Notes: generated from the letters alone by a model not told the origin. Shown: positions 12,565 through 27,677, counted from the first letter of the stretch. The stretch is DNA of 64,000 bases from Eledone cirrhosa (GCA_964016885.1 OZ024740.1:213094001-213158000); one strand, 5' to 3'. Made by a program: numbers and translations.

Positions 12565-15533
12565 GGATATGTGACAATGCTCCTTACATGCAAACAAACA
12601 CAAAAAAACCTCACTCCTCACCAACAAAGAGTGAAAAATAAAATAGAGACGATGTTTGGTAACAGTAGAACCAGAACTCTCCAATACAAGCTGATCACCC
12701 TCAAACAAGAATTGAGAGCTGTTAGCGAAAAACGCCGATACCTGAAGAAGGTAGATGAGAGAAAAGTGCTTAATAAAAGATTCAGACGAAACCAAACATC
12801 AGTCTATAGAGATATGAAGGGCAAAATAAAAAGTGTCACTGAGGCCCCATCCCAGAAAGACATAGATCCCTTTTGGAGCAAAATATGGGGTGAAAAGAAG
12901 AATTTCAACCAAGATGCAGTGTGGCTAAGTGAAATCCGAAAGAACTATTGCTCCTACACTACAACAAAAACATACGAAATAAGTGAGGGTACCCTTGAGA
13001 CTGTGATAGGAAAACTCCAAGATAAGAAAACACCAGAAAGAGACATGATTGTCGGCTACTGGTACAAAAAACTGATATTCTATCGGAGGTATCTTACTGA
13101 CCTCTACCAACAAGTTCTTAAGGGAGATACACTTATACCAGAATGGTTGACATTAGCACAAACATTACTGGTCCCCAAGAACAAAGACACCCACTTGGCA
13201 AAAAACTACCGACCCATTGCATGCCAGAACCTGATGTATAAGATGTATACAACCTGCCTGAACCTATTCCTCCAAGATCACTGTGAAAATAATAACATCA
13301 TCACAGTTGAACAAGCAGCTGGAAAGAAATGGGTTTGGGGATGTGCTGAACAACTCCTAATCAACAAAACTGCGATGTCGGAGGTGCGACAACTCAAGAG
13401 GAATATGACTACTATCTGGCTGAACTACAGGAAAGGTTTTGATTCTGTTCCCCACTCTTGGATGATAGAGGCCCTCCAACTTGCTAAAGTCCCAGACATT
13501 ATTGTCAGATCCATAGAGAGGCTGTCTTCTTCTTGGGCTACTATCATAAGGTTAAAGACAGAGAGGGAGGACTCTATTTTCACTGATAAAATAAAATATT
13601 GCAGGGGTATATTTCAGGGAGACAGTCTCTCTGTGATATTATTCATCTTGTCATTAAACCCCTTGTCCTTTCTGCTCAAGAAATGTGAGGGATACATCAT
13701 TGGCTCACAGGAGGCCAGAAATACGAACCTAACCCATAATTTCTTTGTGTACGATCTGAAACTCTATGCCAAGAACATGGATGGGATGAAGAAAAATCTT
13801 GACTGGTTACAACGTTCTGAAAGGATATAGGAATGGAGTTTGGCCAAGATAAATGCTTATACATGACTGTAAAGCGGGGAAAAACAACAACCCAATCTAG
13901 CAACATTGTTATCAATGGCCTAACTGTTTCACCGATATCTGATGAGGACTGCTACAGATACCTGGGGATAGATGAGATCCTATAATGGTATCTGTAATAA
14001 AGAACGCGTAACCAAGGAATACTACACCCGATTAAGAAAGATCTGGTCATCGGAACTCTCTGCGCAAAACAAAACAGTGGCTCACAATATGTTTGCTGTG
14101 CCTGTCCTAACACCAACGTTTAGAATACTCAATTGGACGATAGACGAAATCCGAGCAGTTGATGTTGGAACTCGAAAAATACTGAACAACACCGGAAACT
14201 TCCACATCAACAGTGACATAGACCGCCTTTACTTGAAACGTAAGCAGGGAGGCAGAGGTCTAACATCAGTCCAGACAACATTTGAATGTCGCATCATATC
14301 TCTCCGACAACATCTGCGAACCTCGAAGCGTAGGAGCCCGTTTCTCGAGCAAGTTTATCTGCATGAAACAGATAAGATCAAGAGAGTTGGGAAGGAACTC
14401 CTCGAGAGATATTCCCTGTGTGATAATCAAAAACTCACACCTAGGGATGTCGCTCAGCAGTATCGCAATGAATCCATGGATGAAAAACTGCATGCCTATC
14501 AGCAAAAAAATCATGCATGGATATGTTGCCAGGAAGCTCCAGAGTGAGAGTAATATAGATAAGGAAAGTAGTCTATCTTAGACCAACAACCGCTTATATT
14601 GGCTTCCACTTTGAAGGATACGCTTTTGCAATCCAGGAACAGGAGATTAGCACGAAATACCTGATTCACAAAAGAGATAAGGATGCAGGCAAAACACCTA
14701 GATGTGATAACAAGTGCAGACTCTACAGAACTAACATTGAGGATATCACCCATGTCATCAGCATCTGTCCAAAGATGTCATCGCGGTACTATCTACCTAT
14801 GAGGCATGATGTAGGGGCCAAAACACTGTACAATGCAGTTCGTAAAAACGATAGACCCGATAATAAACACATTAAAAGCTACAGCAATGTGGAAGACATC
14901 CATGTACATAATATGAAAGAGTACTGGTGGGATGTTCCAGTAAAAACCCCAATAAAATACAGGCTTAACAGACCAGATATTATGATATGGGACAGGGAGA
15001 AGAAAGCATGCACAGTAGTGGAAAGTAGCTGCCCGGCAGATGCCAATATAATATCAAAGATTAGTGAAAAGGAGAATATTTATGCAGCACTGATGAGAAA
15101 TCTGCAGATATTCCACTCTGATTAAACCTTCAGATTTATGCCTGTGATTATTGGGGCACTGGGATATGTTAGTAACTGCCTCAATACAAATCTTGAGAAG
15201 CTAGGCTTCACAGGAACAGAAAGAACACAACTAGTTAGGTAATTACAAGTACAATCCATTAATGGAACAGTAAAAATATGTAAAACATTCCAAAAAATTT
15301 GCATCTAATAACTGCATATACACATGTACAGATGCAAAGCATATACACATGCACACAAACAACTCAAAACATACACATCCACACATACAATAACATCCAT
15401 ATCTACACATGCATGCAGACATACATATCTACCTAGTTGATGTTGTGTAAATTCCAATGAGAGAGTCTTGTGTCTATGTTAGAAACCGACTCTCTCTCTA
15501 TTGGTAAAACTTTGTGAAATTATAAAACCAGAA
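12565..15533 (+). mobile_element. R4/Dong-clade RLE non-LTR retrotransposon, 5'-truncated, with stops and frameshifts
   Basis: RT motifs (YRPIAC, EQAAG, KGFDSVPH, GIFQGDSLS; YxDD decayed to FVYD), GGRGL, zinc knuckle CRL(Y)..ITHVISIC, RHD and RLE RPDIMIWD; flanked by (CATA)n on both sides. Confidence 0.92.
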
Positions 15534-15603
15534 CATACATACATACACACAGACATACATACATACATACATACATACATACATACATACATACATGCAT
15601 GCA

Positions 15604-15828
15604 TGCATCTAATAATTGCATGTAAACTTGACAGATACAAAGTATATGTACATGCACACATATAACTCAAAACATACACATCCACACATACAATAACATC
15701 CATACCCATGCATGCAGACATATCTACCTAGTTGATGTTTAAATTCCAATAAGAAAGAAAGTCTTGTGTCTATGTGAGAAACTGGCTCTCTTTCTTTGGT
15801 AAAAATGTATAAAATTATAAAACCAGAA
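15604..15828 (+). mobile_element. Second R4/Dong 3'-end copy
   Basis: Diverged repeat of 15300-15533, ending in the same ATAAAACCAGAA|CATAC junction; a third 3' end lies at about 17777-17924. Confidence 0.82.
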
Positions 15829-16170
15829 CATACTTACATAAATACATACATACTCACATACACACACATGCACTCATACATACATGATGGAGGTCCCCTC
15901 GTTATCGAGTATATACATATTTACACATTTTTGGATGGCCATTGACTCTGATGAGTTCTTTCACCCTTTGTCAGTTTTTGTTTTTTGACCTGTAGGGTGT
16001 CCAGAATCACTCTCCTCACCAAGTAGACTTGGTGGGGTTGCCAGTTTAGTCGCCGACGACCCAACCATGCGACAGGTTGTACTGGGTTACATGTTATTAG
16101 TAGCACTCAAGAGTGACCCAACATACATACATACATACATGCATACATACATACATACGTACATACATAC

Positions 16171-16694
16171 ATGGTGGCTGCCAACTCATTTTCGAGTACG
16201 GCCACTACTTTATATGCATGTAGGAGAACCCCTACCGATGCGCTGAACAAGTGTGACTTTTTAGTCCAGCCAGCGACTTGAAAACTCTGGTACAAACACT
16301 ACACTTGCGACAATTATTGACACATAGTGCTGGGCCCATGGTACCATGTGACGACAAGTGTAGAGAGATCTCCAGATATAAAGCAATGCCTGTGCCGTGA
16401 AGCCAGTCCCACTCTTTTAACCAAGATGATATTTACCAAAAAGAAGAACAAGTCAACATCATTGGATACCATCAGAGTTGCAGGTGTTATATCAGAGTTT
16501 TCCTTCTAGAATTCTGCCTTGACAAAGGCTAAGGGGTCATCTCTCCCGGTGATTTTGGATGGCCATTGACTCTTAAGAGCTCCTTTGCCCTTTTGACACG
16601 TTTTGTTTTTAGTCCTGCAGGATATCCAAAGTCACCCTCCTCACCAAGAAACCTTGGTGGGGTTGCCAGTTTAGTCGCCAACGACCTAACCATG
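16171..16694 (-). mobile_element. Bipartite RTE derivative, copy 2
   Basis: Colinear with 11925-12482 apart from an internal deletion of about 30 bp; (CATA)n on both flanks. Confidence 0.75.
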
Positions 16695-16734
16695 ATACAT
16701 ACATACATACATATATACATATATACATACATGA

Positions 16735-17790
16735 TGATAGCTGCCCCCTCGTTATCGAGTATGGCCATTGCACGATATACCATTATTAATAATAATTAAT
16801 TAATTCTATCGTGCAATGCCTGTGCGTGAAGATATTTTTTAAAGTGAGGAAAGACTGTGCACTGAGCCAATCCCACTCTCTGAGCGACAGTAGCTATAAC
16901 CTGAATGGAAGAAAAGATCAATATCATCAGTAACTACTGAGCCGCAGGTTTTATAACGGAGTTATCCCAGTTTCCTGAGTTGCCTTCTCCTAGAAGAATG
17001 CCCTGAGAAAGTATAGGGTCCTTCACTCCCAGTGGTTTAACCGCGCGATAGGGTGTCCCGCCCGACTATTTCTATGTCCCCGCGCATATACATACATACA
17101 TACATACATACATACATACATACATACATACATACATACATACATACATTCATACATGATGGCTGCAAACTCTGCTAAGAGTATTGCAATCGCTTGTCAG
17201 ATTATAAAGTTTGGTGCAGAGGCAATGCTTGTGCTTTGAAGGTTTTTTAAGTGGGGAAAGGCTTGTACTCGACCAATCCCACACTCTGAGCATCGAAAAC
17301 ACTACCCGAAAAAGAGAACTAGTCAACATCATCGGATGCTTCTAAAGCCGCAGGTTTTTTCAGTTTCCCTCTCTTGGATGGCCATTGACACTGCTGAGTT
17401 CCTCCGCCCTTTGCCGAGTCTTGTATTTCATCCCGCAGGGTGTCCAAATATCACCTTCCTCAACAAGCTAGCTTGGTGGGGTTGCTGGTTTAGTCGCCAA
17501 CATACATACATACATGATGGCTGCAAAACTGCTAAAAGTATTGCAATCGAGTGTAATATTCAGATGTGTGACGCTCGGATATGGCTTTTCAAGCCTGCTA
17601 GAGACTTGCACCCCTTCGCACATTGACAATAACTATGGATCTCCCTGGCCTCAGGTCTTGCATCAGGTTGCCTGTGAACCTTCATAATACCGTGGAGATC
17701 ATAGTTCACTGGTTCTCTCTGAACGTGGCTGTGACTGTGGCTCCTGAGACAAGATTTGCTCAAGGAAATCTTTCCACACATGCAATAACA
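16735..17790 (-). mobile_element. Cluster of older RTE-derived fragments separated by (CATA)n
   Basis: Diverged copies of the same motifs (GGATGGCCATTGAC, GGTGGGGTTGC.GGTTTAGTCGCCAA); 17560-17700 encodes CQCAKGCKSLAGLKSHIRASH. Confidence 0.6.
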
Positions 17791-18223
17791 TCCGTATTTA
17801 CATACATACACACACACATTTACCTAGTTGATATCTAAATTCCAATGAAAGAGTCTTGTTGCTCTGTTAGAAACCGGCTCTCTCTCTCTGTTTGTGAAAA
17901 TTTTATAAAATAATAAAACCAGAAGAGCATATATATATACATACATATACTTATACAAGTCTTCTTCCTCAACAGATTTCTTGCAGACATTGACGAACAG
18001 ATGCCCATGAAGAACATAAACTGCATTAAGGACACTAGTTTCGCAGAGCCTGTGTCATTCATAAATATTGCTCCTTCCTGACAAAGACATGAAAGAGGAG
18101 ACTTATATAGGCATTTCTTTTTCGCTTGGTCGTAAGATTGTGAGTCACAGCCCTTTATTCCGTACATGTAAAATGTACTTATTGTACATTTTTCTATCGT
18201 CCAGCTCACAAATAAATATCAAA

Positions 18224-19056
18224 GCTTAAACAATTAAGTTAAAGATGTACATCCATATATGTATACTGAAATACTAGTATGTATATGAATACACACACGT
18301 ATACATATGTAGATGTACCAAGTTTTTTTCACTGGTCACTTTACTGTGAGTGGCCAGCTATTCTGTATGTAAATTACATACAGAATAGCTGGCCACTCAC
18401 AGTAAAGTGACCAGTGAAAAAAACTTGGTACATCTACATATGTATACGTGTGTGTATTCATATACATACTAGTATTTCAGTATACATATATGGATGTACA
18501 TCTTTAACTTAATTGTTTAAGCGTCAGTCATACAAAAGTGAGTTACAAACGAAACGAAATTTAATTTCGTTTCGTTATTTGTTTTTATCTTCTCCGTTGA
18601 ACCGGTACTTACTCACACTCTATGCAAATTAGTCTGCCCACTACTAATTTTCATAGAAAAAGCATATAACGATATGTGCTTTTACGATTCTCTAGAGAGG
18701 CCGGAAGATAGGTAAATATTGCTGATGAGTTGTAACAACAACGAAACTAGTTCAATATTCCTTGTCTGGCTTTCTGGAGAATAGAGGAAAGGTGTTTCCT
18801 CAAAAACCAGTATGACTCTAAAAACCGGTTTGTCTGTGTGTTTACATACAGAATAGCTGGCCACTCACAGTAAAGTGACCAGTGAAAAAAACTTGGTACA
18901 TCTACATATGTATACGTGTGTGTATTCATATACATACTAGTATTTCAGTATACATATATGGATGTACATCTTTAACTTAATTGTTTAAGCGTCAGTCATA
19001 CAAAAGTGAGTTACAAACGAAACGAAATTTAATTTCGTTTCGTTATTTGTTTTTAT
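18224..19056 (+). mobile_element. Retrozyme-like element: perfect 299-bp palindrome plus 1.46 copies of a 468-bp hammerhead-containing unit
   Basis: 18224-18372 is the reverse complement of 18374-18522; 18374-18588 = 18842-19056 (period 468); ends in (TA)n. Confidence 0.88.
18715..18759 (+). ncRNA. Minimal type I hammerhead ribozyme
   Basis: AATATTG-CTGATGA-GTTG(TAACAA)CAAC-GAAA-CTAG-TT-CAATATT; stem I is extended by 18689-18705 pairing with 18765-18780. Confidence 0.88.
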
Positions 19057-19057
19057 G

Positions 19058-19134
<77 letters not shown>

Positions 19135-20595
19135 GTATATATATGTATATGTATATATGTATATGTGTATATATGTATATCTGTTAGAACACGAAAAGTG
19201 TGAAACAACAGAATGTTCACTTTTCGTGTTCTAACATATATGCCTAGCTTCTTTAAAAATTTTTCGGGGATAGCCGTGGTGGTGGTGATCGTATGTCATT
19301 GGCTAATTTTCAACCAATCAGAGTACCTCTCTCTATATCTCTTCCACTGTTACTTACGCCTGTTTCTCTCTATCTGTTCCGTCTCTATATATATCTCTTA
19401 CTCTTTCGCTTTGCACTCCTCCCCTTCAATAGCATCTCTCCCCCTCTCTATATATTTGTTACTCTATCGCTGCACGCTCCTCTCCTTCAATATATCAATT
19501 ACACACGCTTTACACTCCTTTATCCCCAGCGCCCCTATATATACACCCCCCCCTCTCCCGCATCTATATTTTAATGTACCGTTGCACCGTGAATATATGT
19601 GTCTATATATATATACATATATATTGTATATACACATTCATGTATGTGTATACACACTCATGTATGTATATACACTGGTTTTATGTGTGTATTGTAAATT
19701 TGTACTGTTAAAACACGAAACTAACATTCGATTGACACTTTGATTACCTGTACAGGCAATAGTTATTAGAATGCTGTTGAAGTGTGTATATATTTTTGGG
19801 GGACATCCTGTATATACACACATTATATATAATACAATAAACAGATAAATACACATATATATATATGAGCTTATTTAATTATAAATATTGTGAATTTTTA
19901 ACTCAGTTCAATTATATATATAAATGGCTTCTACAGGACTAGAACTGTTTCATTCGAAAGAAATCATCATAATATTGAGAGGGGGGACTAGATAAAATAT
20001 TTCAAATCAAATGTGTATAAGTTATAAGTTAAAATGTATAAATAGAGACGATAGTGGAGGTATATCTGTTTAGTGGAACAGTAGACGATAGAATTAAATA
20101 CAGACGAGAATCTCCCTTTAATGAAACAGCAGACGATAGAATTAAGGCAATTTAAATTTTAAGCATTTGCATTTTTGCCTTTCATCGTTACGGGGTCGAT
20201 AAAATAAAGTACCAGTAATACACTGTCACTAGACGACTTTCAAATTGAATTGTTGGTTCCATTTCTTTAGTATTTTCAATTGTAGTTATCTACTTAAAAA
20301 GCGTTACACGGTTAGAGACATAATTCGTAAGTTATATCTTCCCTATTAAACCATTGCATTATTTCGCCAACAATAGAACAAAAATGAAATGTTCTTTAAA
20401 GAAACAGGAATATAACTTTATAAAAAAAAAAGTTGCATCCGCTTCTTTTATCATTGATAATTTTTTTCGTTTTAATATTAATTGTTTTTTGTAGTTGTTT
20501 ATATTAAAAATCTTACTGTAATATTTACTTAAACGAAGGCAAACATCTAAACTTATAGATTAATCTTGAGCGAAGGACTAGATAAATCTCTCTCC

Positions 20596-20639
<44 letters not shown>

Positions 20640-21261
20640 GAAGAATGATAAAATTTCAAGCAAAGAGTTTAATTAGGTATATTTTGTAATATTATTAACT
20701 AATTATTATAATTAACGCGCATATTTTGCTATCCTCAAACACGTTTACACATGGCATGAAATATAACTAATCCGAGATGGCTAGGTTTCATCTTCTAACT
20801 GGATATACGAAATCCATTATGTCTTGACAACAACATGAGGTAACATTATGTTATTCACAGACACACTTTGTACACTGTTCCATATCAGAATGTATTTCCT
20901 TCGTCACATTCACAAACAGTATTGAAAATATGTTCTTCGGCAAATAAAAATGTTTTGTTCATAATATTTCAACTAGCGATTGCTCTACTCCACGCACGAC
21001 CACCATAAATTAATGACCAGCTCAACACAAGTATTGGTAGAGCGTCAGACACCATGCTTTGCAGTATTGTTATGGTCCTTTGCATTCTAAGTTCAAATCC
21101 TGCCGAGGTTAACTTCGACTTTCATACTTACTAATTCGATAAAATAAAGTACCAGTAATGGACTGCCGTAATGGATTTGTGCCGAAAAATAGAAACACTA
21201 TTAATGTGCAATAAGAGCAAAATATAACGACATTGCTCAATTATTTTATCTAATGTTGTAA

Positions 21262-21452
21262 TAACTGTTTCTACTTTAGGCACAAGGCCAGCAAATTACC
21301 CAGTGTATTACTGGTACTTTATTTTATCGACCCCGTAAGGATGAAAGGCAAAGTTAACCCGGCGGGATTTGAACTCAGAATAGCAAGGGCCGTAACTCTA
21401 TGCGTCAAAGCATGGCGTCCGACTCTCTACCAATACTGCCAATCCACCGCCT
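21262..21452 (-). mobile_element. tRNA-derived SINE, family B
   Basis: Sense strand: GGCGGTGGATTGGCAG...GAGTTCAAATCC...TTTGCCTTTCATCCTTACGGGGTCGATAAAATAAAGTACCAGT; a degenerate + copy lies at about 21020-21200. Confidence 0.82.
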
Positions 21453-21954
21453 AATGTTGTAATAACACAAGGAAATGTTGTTTGTGTATTTTTTTTTATA
21501 TTTGCTCATAGGCTTTTACAATTTCGCTCAGCCAACAACTATTAAAAAGTGAGTTGCTTAAGATAACAATTTAATCACAAATTGTTGCTATCTTTTAATA
21601 CACTCCAACAAGTCATCAAATTATGTACAATAAAAACAAATCTTATTAATTTGCTCAGGGAATATAAAGAAAATGTATATACACTGATAATTGCAATTGT
21701 ATGTAAATATTTTGTTTTTGTATTGTATATTTTATGTTTTCTATTATGTATAATATATTGATTTAATATTGATTGTTTTTTGTAGTTGTTTATATTAAAA
21801 ATCTGAAAATATTTTTATACATCTTACACTAATATTTATAAGATAATTTATAATAACAATTACATAATCTAATTACATTACAACGATAATTTATTATTAA
21901 TATATATCCTGTTTAACTAGAGTTATTACAAGCGTTGCCTTAAAAAAATATTAA

Positions 21955-22911
21955 ACTAGACATGAAAAATGCGCAAGCTCAAAAGTGCCACAGAATGTTA
22001 TAATAAACCTTCAAAAGTGTGGGACTAGAGTTGTTGCTAAAAAATATTGTAATCATTATATATCGTACATTCTGTGGCATCCTTTATAAAAATAGCTTAA
22101 ACCAACGAAGCCTTTATTTTTACGCTATTTCACTTAGTTAATTCTTAGAGTGTAACATATAAAAATAAATACATCTATGTTTAATGTAATAACAGCTATA
22201 AATAATTACGTAATATTATTATCATATACTCATAGTAACAAAATAATTGTGTTGAAACTTAATATGATGCTTATATGAACGATCAAATCTATAATGATAA
22301 TTTCTTAAATATACTAATAGTAAAATAATTTAGTTATCTATTGTTACATTTTCATAGAACTATAATATTAACAATCGTATTGCATTATCAAATTTTTATC
22401 ACTACAAACTTTCATATTGGAATTACCTTAAGCCACTTATTATTACTTCGCTTTCGTACTTTTACAGCTGTAGATATTGCGCTGTATCTTATATCTAATA
22501 TCAATATCTCGTGGTAATTTGCATGAAGTGTAAAATAGGTTTATTAATAACTTTAATATGAAATGTATTATACAGGGCTGCGGAGTCGGCCAAAAATTGA
22601 CTGGCTCCAACTCAGGATCCGATACTCCATTATTTCCTAAATTTCAGCTCCGCAGCTCTGTTATTATATTAATTAATTTATTTTATAGTTGTAAATCATA
22701 TTTTTATATGTTACACTCTAAGAATTAACTAAGTGAAATAGCGTAAAAATAAAGGCTTCGTTGGTTTAAGCTATTTTTATAAAGGATGCCACAGAATGTA
22801 CGATATATAATGATTACAATATTTTTTAGCAACAACTCTAGTCCCACACTTTTGAAGGTTTATTATAACATTCTGTGGCACTTTTGAGCTTGCGCATTTT
22901 TCATGTCTAGT
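21955..22911. mobile_element. Fold-back element with 213-bp inverted arms
   Basis: 21955-22167 is the reverse complement of 22699-22911; AT-rich non-coding spacer; the right end abuts (TA)n. Confidence 0.85.
22573..22660. mobile_element. 88-bp hAT-type mini-MITE nested in the fold-back
   Basis: TIR CAGGGCTGCGGAG / CTCCGCAGCTCTG; 8-bp TSD GTATTATA / TTATTATA. Confidence 0.75.
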
Positions 22912-22954
22912 ATATATATGTATATGTATATATGTATATGTGTATATATATATG

Positions 22955-22985
<31 letters not shown>

Positions 22986-23368
22986 ATATATATATATGTA
23001 TGTATATATATATATGTATACATATGTATATACATATGTATATATATATGTATACATATGTATATATATATGTATACATATGTATATATATATGTATATA
23101 TATGTATATATATATGTATATATATGTATATATATATATGTATATATATATGTATATATATATGTATATATATATGTATACATATGTATATATATATGTA
23201 TATATATGTATATATATATGTATATATATATGTATATATATATGTATATATATATGTATATATATGTATATATATATGTATATATATATGTATATATATA
23301 TGTATATATATATGTATATATATATGTATATATGTATATATATGTATATATATATGTATATATATATA
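22912..23368. repeat. (TA)n/(TATATG)n array
   Basis: Directly visible. Confidence 0.95.
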
Positions 23369-23610
23369 GCGGCGATGAATTAGTTTAGCGAGTTTTTTTA
23401 TATGAAATCATGTGTCGAAACGAATATTGTTATACTTGGGGAGGGTCGTATTTGTGTAATATTGCCAGAATTAATAACAGAACACACTCACTGTTTGGTT
23501 GGTTTTCGCTTCTCGCTGTCTTTTATATCTGTTATCTAGCTTACTCGGTCCTGAATGTTGCCATCGACTGACCGACGGTCAAAAATAATACAGATACAAT
23601 ATAGACACAA

Positions 23611-23656
<46 letters not shown>

Positions 23657-24226
23657 AAATGAATGAAGTAATTCCATCGGAAAAGTCCAGGAAAAAAGAG
23701 TGCTCTATGTATGCAACAGAGCTTAATTATTATTATTATGTAATAAACAACATAAGGCAATTATTCCATTTACCAGTGGTTTCTTAAAAGCAAAAGGTTT
23801 TGCTTTCAATCCTCAGAATGAAAAATCCTGGTTTGTTTATTGAATATGGATTCTAAAAACAAAAATGCAATCTATATGAAAGTGAGGCTGGAAAAGGGAA
23901 AAGGAAAGGAAAAATAAAATAAAACTACACATGCAAACACACACAAAAAAACACAAAAGCATACTTACACACACATACATATATACATATACATAAATGT
24001 AGGCATACACACATATATATATATATATAAAGAGCGTACACCTACACACACATACACATATATACACACATATACACATACATACATTCATGCATACACA
24101 CACACACACATACACACACTCTCACACATAAATATACATATTCAAATACATAAACACGTACATACACATACATACACAAACACGTACACGTATATAATAT
24201 AAACACACACATGTATATGTAATTAT

Positions 24227-24279
<53 letters not shown>

Positions 24280-24534
24280 AAAGATATATGCGTATATTAA
24301 TTCGTTAACCTCTGTATTAACTCTACAACTATTGAGCTTTGACAGTGGTCCCACTCATGTATACTGTTGAAGATGAAGAGAAAGACTGTAAAAACTAGCT
24401 TATCTTTATAATTTAAAATTGATACACACTACGATACTTTTTGCCTTATGACAGCTGGTTTTCACGCCGTAACATTAGATACATTATATACCCCCCACCT
24501 AAGTAATGTCAGGGTCTCCTTAAATAGTTTATTG

Positions 24535-24870
24535 ATAGCATTGTTGTAATAATTGTTGTTGTTATTGTTCTAATTGAATGCCATAACTACTCCATATTTT
24601 CTTTTATTTTCTTGCCTGTGTATTTTCTTCATTCTCGCATGCTCTAAAGATCTGACTGGTTATAATTCTGTATTGGCGATCGAGTGACGCAAAATTAGGC
24701 GGATAGCGATCTCTAGACATACCAGCTCAGTGAAACAAATGTAAGCTATGTGATTAAAAACTTTTTTGTATAGCAAACCATGTAAACCTTCTTTCCTGAT
24801 TTATTATTACTCCAAGTGTTTACAACATAGGAATTACAGCATACCCGCAGCATCACTATGAAAACGCCTT
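24535..24870 (+). mobile_element. Older copy of the PLE-like non-coding repeat at 39350-40323, with decayed hammerhead
   Basis: Colinear similarity to 40070-40323 and to the reverse complement of 39350-39415; core reads CTAAAGA..CTGACTGGT..ACCAGCTCAG-T-GAAA-CAAATG-TA. Confidence 0.65.
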
Positions 24871-24971
24871 GTTGAGTCAAACCAAGCCAAGCGTTAATAT
24901 CATCCACTACCTGGAATACCATAACTGGACTTCACCTAAGTGGACTGCATTTAACTATTATTTGTTAATCC

Positions 24972-26199
<1,228 letters not shown>

Positions 26200-26285
26200 A
26201 ATGAAAAATTGAACAGGGACAGAACAGAGAGGCAGTACGACAAATGTTTATTAAATTCACGCTCAGGAGAGTGGGGGGTAGGTGG

Positions 26286-26325
26286 AGGACGACGTTTCGG
26301 GCATAAGCCCTTCTTCAGGTGAGAG
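26286..26325 (-). ncRNA. PLE-type minimal hammerhead-like motif
   Basis: Sense strand: AC-CTGAAGA-AGGGC(TTAT)GCCC-GAAA-CGTC-GT; core and stem II intact, stem I only about 2 bp. Confidence 0.6.
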
Positions 26326-27147
26326 TTCAAAAGGTGTGTAGGGGAGTGGTGGAGAGACATATAGCGAAAGGAAACGGTGCGAATGAAAAATTAACAAATA
26401 AAGACAAAAATATAATAAATAATAAATAAAAATAAAGCATGATCAAAATACAAGGAATGAGAACATTTAAAAATAAAGGCATGATTAAAATAAACTGAAA
26501 TTAAAAGGGGGGTAAACAGGTGGTGGAAGGGTGTGGGGTGAGTAGAGGTGGAGGCGGGTGGAGTGGGGAGAGGGAGACGGGGTGTCCGAGCGGGGAGGGC
26601 TGAAGGTGGTGTGTGTGGTTAGGTGTGTGTGTGTGCGTGTGTATGTGAAAGTGAGGGTTGGGGGAAGAACGGGGTTGCATGTTCAGGAAGGTGTGTGTGG
26701 GGGGTGTTTTTGTGTGTCGGAGGGTCTGTGCGTGTGTGGATAGGGGGGTGGGGGGAGAGGAAACAGGGGGCTGAGGGTGTAAATATGTGGTGGGAAGCAC
26801 GTGTGTGTGGTTTAAGCGTGTTGTGGGTGTGGGTGGCGTGTGGATAAAAAAAATTGTTTTGGGATGTGTGTGTGGGTGAGTTATATAGGTGATGGTGTTA
26901 GAGGATGGTTGAAAGTGGTAAATTACACGGATGTATGGAGATTTTGGTTGGAAGTCGAACGCGTGTGGGTAATCCAAGAAGCGGTGGTCGGAAGAGGAGA
27001 GATGTGGGGGTGCGCGCGCAACAGGAAGTGGTCAGCAGTGGAAGTGCTGTGGTCAGTTGGTGCTGAGACAGTGGTCGGAAGGGCATAGCAGCAGTCAGCG
27101 GAATGGTAGGGAGGCGAGGATGGGTAGGTGTGAGAGTTGGAGTGAGG

Positions 27148-27202
<55 letters not shown>

Positions 27203-27677
27203 TAGTAGGGGTGTTAGTGGGATGAGTGAGTGTGGAGTGGGGAGAGAAGGGTGTGTGGTTCTATGGAGGGAGTGTGGTGTACTGGTGTGTGTGTAGTTTG
27301 GTGAGGAGGTGTTAGTGGGTGTTAGTAGACGGGAGGTGGGGAGGGGTGGAATGCAGGTGTGAGTGGGGGTTAGTGGGGGTAGGGTGTGTAGAGTTGGTGG
27401 TGTACGAGGGTGTGTGGGTACGTGTGCGTGGGGTTGGAGGGTGTTAGTGATGTTAGTTGCGTGTGGGGTGGGTGGTGTAAGTGTGTGCGTGTGATAAGGA
27501 GGGGGGGGGGAGGAGAAGAGGGGAGGGAAGGGATGTTAGTATGTTAGTTGGGGAAGGGTGGTCAGATGAGGGGTGGAGTGGAGGTGTTAGTATTGTTAGT
27601 GTGGGGTGGGCGGTGAAAAGGAGGGGTGTGTTAGTGGTGTTAGTGGGGGATAAGTGGGGGAGGGGGGCGGTCGAACG

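Noticed and set aside
19935-19975. Minus-strand hammerhead (ATGATGA..TTC..GAA.GAAA)
   Set aside because: Core C is missing and stem I does not pair; at most a decayed remnant.
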